A stretch of DNA of 55,260 nucleotides, taken from contig JBHHUC010000009.1 in the NCBI GenBank assembly GCA_046861395.1, positions 1-55,260 on the forward strand. The letters run 5' to 3'. Shown here piece by piece: positions 10,501-21,873 of this stretch; positions within the stretch are counted from its first letter, which is position 1; each line of letters starts with the position of its first letter. The position numbers were made by a program, and so were the translations under genes. The notes under the pieces are model-generated. The model saw nothing but the letters and a program-made list of their open reading frames with translations. It ran no database searches and was not told where the DNA came from. Origin of the DNA: Fidelibacterota bacterium. Its GTDB lineage: Bacteria; Fidelibacterota; Marinisomatia; Marinisomatales; JABMOV01.

Positions 10501-10649
10501 CGCGTTCGGCTGACGCCGCAGCTGAGGAAGACAGTATTTTATTACGAATATCTCAGGAGAGCTTTTCCGAATTACTTAATCAGAATCCGGGTATTATGTT
10601 CAGTTTATTGCGTCTGCTTTCCGGACGCCTACGAAAAGCCATCCAGTAA
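7530..10649 (+). CDS. Npt1/Npt2 (TLC, ADP/ATP carrier) transporter fused to HEAT repeats and a cNMP-binding domain
   Basis: N-terminal multi-TM region with KTARDTFFL, FDSRQAKRLF and IVDYQFK; central HEAT-like repeats; C-terminal IFKEGDDGDAMYVIVEG...GEMALL..PRSA. TTG start. Confidence 0.85.
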   Translation: MIRQLLQIKSGEGKSVLLLFLLSFFLVSASISGKTARDTFFLNQFDISYLPLMFVLAAIGVGIFVPLYSRLLQRRGPYKTLLITGLVAIVPLIPIQVVMERWMIPVLYVWIEVVATILAFQIWTIAGDLFDSRQAKRLFSIFAAGGSISFIAIGLWLQPFILQFGSRFILLVTMAFIAGAIGLSLWINRLPHPAARKKRASESRKKDEPLFTPYLKHIAFMTITMGIAATIVDYQFKFMAGTTYQDADQLAVFFGKFYAVSGLASLMIQLFITGRLLSTVGVLAGLMILPVSLLGGFGLFIFNPVLLSAFIGKFAEQTFTFTIHQPTVQLLWLPVRKWRKQFGKPLIDGTLRTTVDGLTGFITFFLVKLISLAALSIFAILAVIGWMYSAVRIRRGYIHTLNEALSARRLNFEDLQLDSLNHAMVETIDKTLKKGTVFEQLFILELIQSFPPDAWKETLEELLVSGTRQVRREVLKYAADLFNDQVIMDLVREPFVDAIPLAGQRKIQESIPDLNSLLDYSDDRIRAAAAGAILQIGQGPEEKAQAILREFLDSDDPNRICLGIEFSYDHESLPVKSRIPEYLSHDDLRVRKAGIQFAERYPATEFLASIIENLGLPGAAKTAGKALRSYQRDDILDVIQSLVNTPPLTDNLKRGIIAALRTIPGERSQQILLSFFDALILPIYNLAVDALLDIGRKDRITRKTNRAVKSSIRFLARRVYSHYQVLYLIKDYPEATLLKDYLRNEIQMAIPILVKLGAIDDLSVPVNQCIKSLQSGDPEQFSYGLELLETIFSREERDLVTPLIDRLSMYERVQAGRKLFSNLPTRLDTVLEDFLYSKNDWLVVISLAFALTQHTTTLQKIDWTGIRLTPLMAEILSRLEKENAPWIGTLTESLSKFDIPETMYTTLEKTIFLKSVSLFKKIPAEIISRIAMIAEEVSVLQGDVIFKEGDDGDAMYVIVEGKISIQKGRKQIASLGKWDCMGEMALLEDEPRSADAAAEEDSILLRISQESFSELLNQNPGIMFSLLRLLSGRLRKAIQ

Positions 10650-10943
10650 TTACTGTTTGTCCAGGATATTCCGCACGGTTTCATTGACCGCATCATCCTG
10701 GAGAGTTTCCACCTTTTCCGTCAGTTTTCCGGTTGCTTTACCAAGATCCTTCTGGATGGTTTCCATTGATACTTCTTTACCCTGCCACATCATGTAGCCA
10801 ATGTAAATGACCAGTATGGCAAGAACAACCAGCACCATTTTGAACATTTTCTTTATGAAACTGAATAACACCATAATTGCCAGGATTCCGGCAATGCCCA
10901 TATAAATAGGGTTGGATTGCAGCAATGTTAAAAGATTATCCAT
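10650..10943 (-). CDS. Small hypothetical membrane protein
   Basis: 97 aa with two TM segments and a helical tail; 1 nt downstream of the gene at 10945..11889. Confidence 0.7.
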   Translation of the reverse strand: MDNLLTLLQSNPIYMGIAGILAIMVLFSFIKKMFKMVLVVLAILVIYIGYMMWQGKEVSMETIQKDLGKATGKLTEKVETLQDDAVNETVRNILDKQ

Positions 10944-10944
10944 C

Positions 10945-11889
10945 TTACCTTCTTTGTAGCCGCAATTTGCGACGATTAATTATACCGGTTTGTGTTTCAA
11001 ATTCTTCTATCAGACGCATCACAAAAGGATCGTCGGGTAAATCTAAGGTCATGGGTTCCAGCCGGGCAATGAAATTTACGGTTTTACTTCCAGATAAAAC
11101 GGTCCCGGAAAGAATTCCGACATAATAGCCTTCTTTGCCGGCCTGAACAATGGTTGTGCGTCCAACCTGAATGGTACTATCGATTCGAGATTGACTGTGA
11201 GCCCCGATTATTATATCAATATCCAGGTTTTTCTGCGCCAGTTTCCGGTCCTGGTCCAAACCTTGATGGGAAAGGACAATGACAAAATCACATTGTTCCC
11301 GCATTTCCGGAATAATCTGACCCAGGACCTTGGCAGGAGGCAGAAGAGTGATACGGTTTTTAAGTGTTTCGGGATAGTATTTCAGGGCTGAAGAACCGAT
11401 GATGCCCGTAATGCCGATTCGGGTTGATCCGACTGTTATTATTTTATAAGACCGTTTTCCGGGCAGTTCGGGTGCGGCCAGGTTGGCGACGACGATGTCA
11501 GCCTTCAAATCAGAAAGCCAGGATAATCCCTGTTGTGCGGTTCGGGTAATTTCCTGATCTCCGGGTAGAATTGCATCGTAGCCGATTTGGGCATAGGCCG
11601 CAGTTACCAGGGAATCCTTCAGCAGCAGGCGATCGGTCACGCCCCAGAAATCACCGGCATCCAATACCAGGGTCTGGGGGTGCTTCTGGCGAAATTCCCG
11701 AATGAATACCGATCGTTTTTCCAGTGACCCCAGAGGATGATCGGGACAATAACAATTTTCCAGGGCACCGTTGGTGTTGTTGGTATATAGGATATGCAAT
11801 GTGTCCTGTGCCGATACCCGGGTGAGGAAACAATAAATCAGTAAAACCAAAATATGGTGGCAGTATCGAATCATACCCTGTAGTTTCAT
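10945..11889 (-). CDS. Secreted 5'-nucleotidase/UshA-like metallophosphoesterase N-terminal domain protein with CxC motif
   Basis: Signal peptide; ILYTNNTNG..ENCYC...LG, LDAGD, VLSHQG, IIGAHS, IVQAG. Start uncertain. Confidence 0.7.
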   Translation of the reverse strand: MKLQGMIRYCHHILVLLIYCFLTRVSAQDTLHILYTNNTNGALENCYCPDHPLGSLEKRSVFIREFRQKHPQTLVLDAGDFWGVTDRLLLKDSLVTAAYAQIGYDAILPGDQEITRTAQQGLSWLSDLKADIVVANLAAPELPGKRSYKIITVGSTRIGITGIIGSSALKYYPETLKNRITLLPPAKVLGQIIPEMREQCDFVIVLSHQGLDQDRKLAQKNLDIDIIIGAHSQSRIDSTIQVGRTTIVQAGKEGYYVGILSGTVLSGSKTVNFIARLEPMTLDLPDDPFVMRLIEEFETQTGIINRRKLRLQRR

Positions 11890-11926
11890 GGTCCTGGAAA
11901 TTGATCAACGATTGTACAATATTACC

Positions 11927-12577
11927 ATGAAAAATTGGAAACGTGTAATGATTTTCGCATGGTTTGGGATGAGACTTCTTTCCGCGCAAATATCCTATCC
12001 AGCCGATTCCCTGCTGATTGACAAGGAAGTGTCATGGCCCAGGAAGCTGACATTGCTTCCCATTGCCGGCTGGCAACGCATATCTTATAATACCGAATTC
12101 CTGAACTGCCAGTTCTATCCATCCTGCAGTAATTATGGGGCCCTGGCCATTCGTGATTTCGGTCTCCTGCCCGGAATATTTGTCGCAAGCGACCGGATTG
12201 TGCGGTGTAATCCCGGTGCCTATCATTATCACCGGCTTGCCGGCGGCGTGATAAATGAAGCCGGCTTTCTGATTGATCCGGTCCGACCATCGGCGGGCAA
12301 ATCCAGCCAGCGACCGCTTAAGGCTGCCCTGTTATCGGCGATTCTGCCCGGGGTGGGACGAATCTATGCGGGACGCTGGTACGAAGGATTACTAAGCGGA
12401 TGCCTGACTATTGGTACTGGCCGCGCGGCCTACCTGATGTATAAATATAATCATCACGTTCGGGCGGCGGTTTACAGCCTATTATTTCTGGCGTATTACG
12501 GCGGCGAAATCTATGGTGCCTGGCGGACTGCAAAATATTATGTTCCAGACGGAAATGACAGGAGGAAGGGCGGCTGA
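11927..12577 (+). CDS. Membrane protein insertion efficiency factor YidD domain fused to a C-terminal membrane domain
   Basis: CQFYPSCSNY...RIVRCNP YidD signature followed by AALLSAILPGVGRIYAG (TM2/DUF5683-like). A TACAAT box lies 6 nt before ATG 11927. Confidence 0.7.
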   Translation: MKNWKRVMIFAWFGMRLLSAQISYPADSLLIDKEVSWPRKLTLLPIAGWQRISYNTEFLNCQFYPSCSNYGALAIRDFGLLPGIFVASDRIVRCNPGAYHYHRLAGGVINEAGFLIDPVRPSAGKSSQRPLKAALLSAILPGVGRIYAGRWYEGLLSGCLTIGTGRAAYLMYKYNHHVRAAVYSLLFLAYYGGEIYGAWRTAKYYVPDGNDRRKGG

Positions 12578-12681
12578 ACCCTAGCCCTATATTCCCGCCA
12601 AAACGGACGCAAGGATGGATCAGATCGCTTTTATCAGTAAAAAAAAAATTGTAGTTTTCGCCGCTTTTTCAGACCCCGAAT

Positions 12682-12754
12682 GCCACCGTAGCTCAGCTGG
12701 TAGAGCAGCTCATTCGTAATGAGCGGGTCGGAGGTTCGAGTCCTCTCGGTGGCT
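12682..12754 (+). tRNA. tRNA-Thr (anticodon CGT), CCA not encoded
   Basis: Acceptor stem GCCACCG/CGGTGGC, D arm GCTC/GAGC, anticodon arm GCTCA-TTCGTAA-TGAGC, T arm GGAGG-TTCGAGT-CCTCT. Confidence 0.97.
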
Positions 12755-12756
12755 CT

Positions 12757-15094
<2,338 letters not shown>

Positions 15095-15214
15095 CGCCCG
15101 ATGATTCCGGAGCATGATTTTGGAGTCCCGGAACGGTGGTGATTGAGAAAACAATCACCAGGGACGTGGCCCGGGAAGTGGAGATGATCCGTCATTGATC
15201 TTATCAGTTTAAGA

Positions 15215-15244
15215 AATTTAGGCCGACTTGCCCGGCGGGTTCAA
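15215..15244 (-). promoter_or_regulatory. Putative sigma70-type promoter for kdsB-pyrG
   Basis: Minus strand TTGAAC-18 nt-TAAATT. Confidence 0.45.
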
Positions 15245-15285
15245 GCGGGATATGATTGGGAAAAGAAATATTCCCAGCGATGAAA

Positions 15286-16545
15286 TTATTCGAACCGCAG
15301 CGATTCAATGGGATCAAGTTTTGAGGCCCGCCAGGCTGGATAACTGCCGAATCCAATCCCGATAATAGAGCAAATCAGGAGACCAGCGAGGGCCCAGTCG
15401 ATGGGAATAACCGCTGGAATATGAAAAATCATGGATACGGCATTGCCGCCCAGAATTCCCAGGAGGACACCAGTGATGCCGCCGAATTCACTGAGGAAAA
15501 CAGCTTCCGACAGAAATTGGAAAAGAATATCCTGTCGTGTGGCACCGATGGCTTTGCGAATCCCGATTTCCTTGATCCGTTCCGTTACGGAAACCAGCAT
15601 GATATTCATAATTCCTATCCCAGCCACCAGTAGCGCGATGATGCTGATGGCAAAGGCAAACAGTTTTACCCCCTGGGTAAAACCGCCGAAGGTTTCCAGC
15701 AATTCGGCATTGGATGTGACTTCGAAATCGTTTTCAGCTCCCGGCTCCACTTTGCGGATGACACGCAACAGTCCAATCACTTCGTCTCGAGTTTTATCAT
15801 ACAGCTCTGCCGATGGGGCCTCCACTGTAATATCCAATGAAGTCCAGCGGCTGCCATACCGGTTCAGATAGGTGGTAATGGGGATGAGGAGATAATTGTC
15901 CTGGCTCTCACCGAACATTTCTCCCTTACGTTCGGCGACTCCGACTACCGTATAGCGAATGCCATCAATGGTGATATTTTTCCCCAGGGGATCTTCAAAG
16001 GGAAATAACTGATCCACAGCATCCATTCCCAGGACGACAACACGGCGGGAGAAATCCACATCTTGCTGTGTAAGGTTCCGACCTTCCCCGAGAAACGTAT
16101 TATAAAGACGAAGGGTCCACTCATCCGCGCCGGCGACATAAAGGTTGGGTTTGGCCGTCTTATCCTTATATTTGATGGACCGTCCCCCCGTGCCCGTAGA
16201 AGCGCTCACCAGAGCCGGGAGCTTGGCCCGCCGTTTGAGTTCTTCGAACTGACGGTAGGTAAAATTCTTGCGATTCCGGTATTTATTCCGGGTATGGCCT
16301 CCGATCCGAATCGCGGGGTATTTCTGAATGTTGAAGGTATTGGTGCCGAATACATTCAGCCCGCTGTTAATGGATGATTCCAGCGTACTGATGGCTGTCA
16401 TGCTTCCAATGACAGAAAAAACACCGATGGTAATCCCCAGCAGAGTGAGGCTGCTGCGCAGTTTATTATCCCGGATCGCTTCCAATGCCATGCGGAAGCT
16501 CTCCTTCAATGTATTTTTCAGATGGCTTCGTTTCGTCTTACTCAT
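15286..16545 (-). CDS. ABC transporter permease, MacB/FtsX family
   Basis: [53 protein letters not shown] 16545 overlaps the upstream stop. Confidence 0.9.
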   Translation of the reverse strand: MSKTKRSHLKNTLKESFRMALEAIRDNKLRSSLTLLGITIGVFSVIGSMTAISTLESSINSGLNVFGTNTFNIQKYPAIRIGGHTRNKYRNRKNFTYRQFEELKRRAKLPALVSASTGTGGRSIKYKDKTAKPNLYVAGADEWTLRLYNTFLGEGRNLTQQDVDFSRRVVVLGMDAVDQLFPFEDPLGKNITIDGIRYTVVGVAERKGEMFGESQDNYLLIPITTYLNRYGSRWTSLDITVEAPSAELYDKTRDEVIGLLRVIRKVEPGAENDFEVTSNAELLETFGGFTQGVKLFAFAISIIALLVAGIGIMNIMLVSVTERIKEIGIRKAIGATRQDILFQFLSEAVFLSEFGGITGVLLGILGGNAVSMIFHIPAVIPIDWALAGLLICSIIGIGFGSYPAWRASKLDPIESLRFE

Positions 16546-17755
16546 AACGCAGTGCTTCGATGGGATCCAGGCGGGCGGCTTTAAAGGAAGGGGCAATTCC
16601 CGAAATAATTCCTACGATTAAGGATAATACCAGGGAGAGAATGGCCAGCCAGACCGGCATAGCGGAAGGAAAAACATATTTGTCGATTAATGCGCTGCCA
16701 ACCCAGGCCAGTGCCAAACCAAACAATCCCCCCACCAAACAGATAAACACGGCCTCAATCAGGAACTGTCCCAGAATCATGTTGCGGGTGGCACCGATGG
16801 CTTTCCGGACACCGATTTCCCGGGTTCGCTCTTTTACGGAAACAAACATGATGTTCATGATACCGATTCCACCCACAACGAGAGACAGGACGGTGATAAA
16901 AATTCCAGTTCCGCCAATGGCCAGTTTGATTCCGTTGTAGGTATCCCGGAAGGCTTCCTGTTCATTGATGGCAAAATTATTTTTCTCACCCGGTCGCAGT
17001 CCCCGCAACCGGCGCATCAGTCCCGTCAGTTCTTCCTTGGCTTCCCGAATGTGGTCCGCATCCACTTTCACATTCAGCTGAACCCAGCCCCGCCGGGAAA
17101 ATAGTCGTAAATAGGTTCCGACCGGAATGGTCACACGATTGTCCATGCTGAATAATCCCAGGAATTTTCCCTGCTTCTCCACAACACCAATTACGCGGAA
17201 CTTATACGGTCCAATTTTCAGATATTGACCAATGGGATCGAGATTTTTGAATAAATTTTCGGCTATGTCATAACCGATGACGACAACACGGGAGCCGGAA
17301 CGGTCATCGCCCGGAGTAATAAATCTTCCCTCAACCACGTTGGTCGAAGATGTCAGCATATAATCCGCCGTGGTCCCCTGCAGGGCAACGCCAGTGAGAC
17401 TTTCGTCACCGTAGGCCACATCCACTCCCCGCTGCAAAGTGGGGGATACGGCCTGGACGTAAGGGGAATATTGATTAATCTTTTCCACGTAACTCAACCG
17501 GATATCGGGTCGGTTACGGACCTCCCACCAACTATCATTCGAAAACCATTGATGCTTGGATATGAATAATACGTCACGACCCAAAAAGGACATACTTTTT
17601 TCAAAGGATTGGTCCAGACCGGAGATCAGCGTTCCCATCAGGGTCACGGCCAGAATACCGATCACAATGCCCAGGGTCGTGAGGAGAGCCCGCATTTTAT
17701 TGGCAAAGACAGCCGTGAGGGCGATAATCATATTTTCCGAGAAAAGTTTAATCAT
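16538..17755 (-). CDS. ABC transporter permease, MacB/FtsX family (second copy)
   Basis: [53 protein letters not shown] 17755 overlaps the ATPase stop. Confidence 0.9.
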   Translation of the reverse strand: MIKLFSENMIIALTAVFANKMRALLTTLGIVIGILAVTLMGTLISGLDQSFEKSMSFLGRDVLFISKHQWFSNDSWWEVRNRPDIRLSYVEKINQYSPYVQAVSPTLQRGVDVAYGDESLTGVALQGTTADYMLTSSTNVVEGRFITPGDDRSGSRVVVIGYDIAENLFKNLDPIGQYLKIGPYKFRVIGVVEKQGKFLGLFSMDNRVTIPVGTYLRLFSRRGWVQLNVKVDADHIREAKEELTGLMRRLRGLRPGEKNNFAINEQEAFRDTYNGIKLAIGGTGIFITVLSLVVGGIGIMNIMFVSVKERTREIGVRKAIGATRNMILGQFLIEAVFICLVGGLFGLALAWVGSALIDKYVFPSAMPVWLAILSLVLSLIVGIISGIAPSFKAARLDPIEALRYE

Positions 17756-18461
17756 TGGCGCCTGATGAGTCCAGTTTACTCCGGTCCACGTTGATTTTTC
17801 CATCCAGGATGGTAATAATCCGGTCGGCATGTTCGGCGATATACGATTCATGGGTAACAAGAATGATAGTATTACCGGCCTCATGCAGGGCGTCAAATAA
17901 TTTCATGATATCTTCCCCGCTTTTTGAGTCCAGATTCCCGGTCGGTTCATCGGCTAGAATTATATCCGGTTTTGTTACCAGGGCTCGGGCAATGGCCACC
18001 CGCTGTCGCTGACCGCCTGATAATTCATTCGGTTTATGTTTGATCCGGTCACCCAGACCGACGTTCTCCAGAGCCTTTCGTGCCAGTGCCAGTCGTTCCT
18101 GTCGGATAACATTGGCATAGATGAGTGGTAATTCCACATTCTTAAGGGCAGAGAGCTTAGGCAGCAGATTAAAGGTCTGGAAAACGAAACCGATCCGGCG
18201 GTTCCGGATTGCCGCCAGCTGATTATCATCCATGGCATGGACCGGATCCCCGCCGAAGGTGTATAATCCGGCAGTGGGGGAATCGAGACAGCCGATAATA
18301 TTCATCAGGGTCGATTTTCCAGACCCGGAAGGCCCCATGATGGAAACATATTCGTTCTGATGAATGTCCAGATCGATACCGGCCAGGGCAAATACTTTTT
18401 CTTCGCCTACCTCATACATGCGTTCGATACCCCGAAGGGAAATTAGGCTCTGCTGTGTCAT
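17748..18461 (-). CDS. ABC transporter ATP-binding protein (MacB/LolD type)
   Basis: [31 protein letters not shown]. Confidence 0.95.
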   Translation of the reverse strand: MTQQSLISLRGIERMYEVGEEKVFALAGIDLDIHQNEYVSIMGPSGSGKSTLMNIIGCLDSPTAGLYTFGGDPVHAMDDNQLAAIRNRRIGFVFQTFNLLPKLSALKNVELPLIYANVIRQERLALARKALENVGLGDRIKHKPNELSGGQRQRVAIARALVTKPDIILADEPTGNLDSKSGEDIMKLFDALHEAGNTIILVTHESYIAEHADRIITILDGKINVDRSKLDSSGAND

Positions 18462-19774
18462 TGGCTATCCTGGTCCCGGTCCGATGATCCCGTGGTGATT
18501 TCCATGTTCTGTTGTAAATCTCGACTGATGGCCCGGTAACCACCGGTAATGATTTCATCGCCTTCCCTGAGACCGGACAGGACTTCATAATGAGTTTCGC
18601 TTGAAATTCCGATTTTTACGGGACGGATCAGGGCAAACCGGGTTCCTTTTTTTGTCCCTTTGGGATTTCCTCCATAAGCCGTGTCCGATACGACAAAAAC
18701 TACCTCCATCATCTCTGTTTTCTTCAATTTGTCCGAATCACCCTTCATATCCTGGCCGCGATTTGATTTCCGGCGACGGTGTTTTTTCCCTTTTTCCAGT
18801 TTTTCTGTTTCAGCGCCCTTCTTACGCACGGTCAGGGCCTGGATCGGAATGGCCAAAACATCATGGCGGACGTCGGTAATAATGTTGGCCGTGGCGCTCA
18901 TTCCCGGTCGGATTCCGGCCGGGACATCCAGCATGCGTATACGGACTTCGAAATTAGTTACCTGTTCCTGGGTCCCGAAACCGGTGGTCTGGGCAATGTG
19001 GGCGATTTCGCTGACGACACTATAGAAAACGGTGTCCTGAAAAGCATCGATTTCAATTTCCGATGTATCGCCCACCACCACCGATATCACGTCATTTTCA
19101 TTGACCTCAACCACGGCTTCCATATTGGATAAATCAGCCGTGACCATCAGGACATCGGCCTGGAAAACCGATCCCAATGCCATTTCACCCACTTCCTTGT
19201 AAATCTTGGTGACGGTACCGGACTGGGGTGCCAGGATCTGTGTTTTGTCCAGTTCATCCCGGCGTTGCTCCAGGGCGGCCTGGGCTTGTTCCAGGCGGCT
19301 TTCCGCCAGTTCGAATTCCGCCACGATGGCCTCCAGCTCCTGATCGGAAACCAGCCCCTGATCATACAATTGCTGTATGCGATTCCGCTGAGCCTGGATC
19401 TTCCGCAAGGTAGCCTCTGCCGATTTCACCGAGGATTGGGCCTGGAGAAAGGAAGCCCGGATCTGTTTCTCATCGAGTGAAATAAGGTGTTGTCCCTTTT
19501 CCACGTAATCACCTTCTTCCACCGTGATTTCCGTAATCCAGGCTGAAATGGTAGCACTGATCTTCACTTCCACTTCCGGTTGAATCGTCCCGCTGGCGTT
19601 GACTTTATGTATGATGGTCTGCCGCTTGACTTTTTCCGTTTCCACTCGCAGGGCATTGGAATCGGAATTGAGCAGGGTAAGGGCAACCAGACTGCCAAGG
19701 ACGATGATCAGCACCAGTGCCGCGATCCATTTCTTTTTTGATGATATTTTTTGTTTAGCCAAGACTGACCTCAT
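18458..19774 (-). CDS. Efflux periplasmic adaptor (MacA/HlyD family)
   Basis: N-terminal TM anchor, ASGTIQP, VEEGDYV, coiled coil, [22 protein letters not shown]. Confidence 0.9.
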   Translation of the reverse strand: MRSVLAKQKISSKKKWIAALVLIIVLGSLVALTLLNSDSNALRVETEKVKRQTIIHKVNASGTIQPEVEVKISATISAWITEITVEEGDYVEKGQHLISLDEKQIRASFLQAQSSVKSAEATLRKIQAQRNRIQQLYDQGLVSDQELEAIVAEFELAESRLEQAQAALEQRRDELDKTQILAPQSGTVTKIYKEVGEMALGSVFQADVLMVTADLSNMEAVVEVNENDVISVVVGDTSEIEIDAFQDTVFYSVVSEIAHIAQTTGFGTQEQVTNFEVRIRMLDVPAGIRPGMSATANIITDVRHDVLAIPIQALTVRKKGAETEKLEKGKKHRRRKSNRGQDMKGDSDKLKKTEMMEVVFVVSDTAYGGNPKGTKKGTRFALIRPVKIGISSETHYEVLSGLREGDEIITGGYRAISRDLQQNMEITTGSSDRDQDSQ

Positions 19775-19783
19775 GTGGTAGGG

Positions 19784-21040
19784 TTAAAGTGTTCCTAACA
19801 ATGTTTTCAATGCCACTTCCTGCAGGAGAGCATCGTACCGTGTATTGATCAGGGTGGTGCGGGCCTGGGTTACCGATACCTGCGCATCCAGGACTTCCAG
19901 TATGATGGCTGCGCCCAGCCGGTATCGTTCATTCGCCAGTTTTAAATCTTCTTCGGCCGCCATCAGAATATCCTCCAGAATGGGCAGGATATCCTGATAA
20001 TTATTCAGATCATTGATGATCGTTTTCAGCTGCACCGTCAGGTCATCCTCCAGATTGGTATACAGATTTTGTGTGATCATCCAGCGGTATTTTGCCTGCT
20101 GCGTTTGCGAAGACAATGCATAGCCGGTAAACAGGGGATATGACAGGGACAGGCCGAAGGACCAATCCCAGTTCTTGTTGTAATCCTGCAATAAGCCGCC
20201 GGCTTTATCAGCCCTGGTCGTATAGCCGCCACGCGCCGAAAGGGAAGGGAGTCGAGCCCCACCGGCCACTTTATAATTGAGGGCGCTGGTTGTGACCAGA
20301 ATCTTCTGGCGGAGAAGGCTGGGATTGTGCTGTTTCATTTCATTCAAGGCGGACGGAAAATCCGGTACATTGACAGGATGACCGGGCAGGTCGGCAATCG
20401 TGAAATCCTCCAGGGACTGTACAATGCCCATGGCATTGGCCAGGCGGCGTTTGGCATTATCCACGGCTATTTGTTTTGACAGAAAGGCCGCCCTGGCCTG
20501 GCCATACTTCACTTCGGCTTTCAGGGCATCGGTTTTCTTGACAGCTCCCAGGTCAAATTGTAGATTGGCCAGATCCAGTTGTTCCCGGGCCAGATCCAGA
20601 TCCTCCTGAGCCGACTGCAGGAGATGCCGGGCTTTCAGCGCTTGATAATAGGCACTGTACACATCTGATTTGACTTTGAGGACGGTTTCCGTATGGGCAA
20701 TTTCGGCGGCGGCAACATTGAATTTATCAATACGGGCCTGACGCCAGGTATTCCCGCCGTCATAGAGCGTGGAAGACAGCGCCAGACCGGCTGACCAGGT
20801 CGTCTGTCCGGCTGTGATACCAGCCACCGTTGTTTCACCGTCATTCAGGCCCGAACTCAGCGTGGCACGGGGCAGCAAGGAACTGAAGGACGCTTTTCTG
20901 CCGGCCACTGCGGATTGAACATCCAATTCGGCCGACTGTACCGTTACCTTATTTTTCAGGGCAATGTCGACACATTGCTCCAGGGTATAGGTCTGGGCCA
21001 GGACAAGATTGAAAAGAAGGATGAACAGGACGTTTTTCAT
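19784..21040 (-). CDS. TolC family outer-membrane channel
   Basis: Signal peptide, TLEQCVDIAL, two OEP repeats, ERYRLG...LEVLDAQ. Confidence 0.88.
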   Translation of the reverse strand: MKNVLFILLFNLVLAQTYTLEQCVDIALKNKVTVQSAELDVQSAVAGRKASFSSLLPRATLSSGLNDGETTVAGITAGQTTWSAGLALSSTLYDGGNTWRQARIDKFNVAAAEIAHTETVLKVKSDVYSAYYQALKARHLLQSAQEDLDLAREQLDLANLQFDLGAVKKTDALKAEVKYGQARAAFLSKQIAVDNAKRRLANAMGIVQSLEDFTIADLPGHPVNVPDFPSALNEMKQHNPSLLRQKILVTTSALNYKVAGGARLPSLSARGGYTTRADKAGGLLQDYNKNWDWSFGLSLSYPLFTGYALSSQTQQAKYRWMITQNLYTNLEDDLTVQLKTIINDLNNYQDILPILEDILMAAEEDLKLANERYRLGAAIILEVLDAQVSVTQARTTLINTRYDALLQEVALKTLLGTL

Positions 21041-21747
21041 CAGACAAACAATGCTCCCAGTCCGGCGGTGAAGGCATTTTGCAGAATCCAGTAGATAAAC
21101 AAAGCTACAATGAACCCGCCCGGTTTTTTCTGATATAAATACCCTGCTCCCAGACCCAGCAGGACGATGCGCCAGGCGGCGAAGAAATCCATGCCGTTCA
21201 TGAAATAATAAAGAAAAGAACCCGGTTCACCCAAACCCAGAATTCCCAGTCCGGTGTGAATGTCAATGGACCACTGATTCAGCATGAGGGGTATTTTTAC
21301 CAGTAATTCCAGAATGCAGACCATATAGACCAGGGCCGTCATGTTGAGGATGGTTGCGAATTTTTCCCTCCCGCCGAAAATGAAATTTCCAATCATCATC
21401 ACGATGAAAGCCATGAACAAAACACGGATGGGATAGCTGATCGCATTGGTGAGCCACATGATGCCAATTGCGGCCGGGGAGGGATTCTCAAAGCGATCTT
21501 CCATATCCAAAATTAACTGCTCTTTCTGGTCTTCCGGAATCCGGCTTGAATTTTCAATCCGTTCGACGGTCTGTTCATATTGTACTTCGGCATACAGGTC
21601 TTTCAGGACCGCCAGATTGATCAATCCAAGAAAAATGAGAATGCCTAGAAATATGCTGCGTGTCTGGGCCGAATCTTTTTCCCGGAGAATGGGAAATGCT
21701 TCCGATGGCGCTAAAAAAATATTAACAATGGCTGTCAATATTGACAT
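21040..21747 (-). CDS. Yip1 family membrane protein (YknW-like)
   Basis: IFLAPSEAF N-terminal motif, about 5 TM segments, GGAGG RBS; first gene of the exporter operon. Confidence 0.75.
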   Translation of the reverse strand: MSILTAIVNIFLAPSEAFPILREKDSAQTRSIFLGILIFLGLINLAVLKDLYAEVQYEQTVERIENSSRIPEDQKEQLILDMEDRFENPSPAAIGIMWLTNAISYPIRVLFMAFIVMMIGNFIFGGREKFATILNMTALVYMVCILELLVKIPLMLNQWSIDIHTGLGILGLGEPGSFLYYFMNGMDFFAAWRIVLLGLGAGYLYQKKPGGFIVALFIYWILQNAFTAGLGALFV

Positions 21748-21873
21748 ATATCCTCCAACATGAGTGAAAAAAATCGAAGTGTGGGCAACGGGAGTTTCAT
21801 TTCACATTGATTTCACGTGCCCGCTATTGGTGAAATCCATTATATTGTTTTGGGGTGTTTCTGATGGTAGTCT

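Noticed and set aside
10644..10655. Palindrome CAGTAATTACTG at the junction of two convergent genes
   Set aside because: Arises because both genes end Gln-TAA and abut; it has no loop or U-tract.
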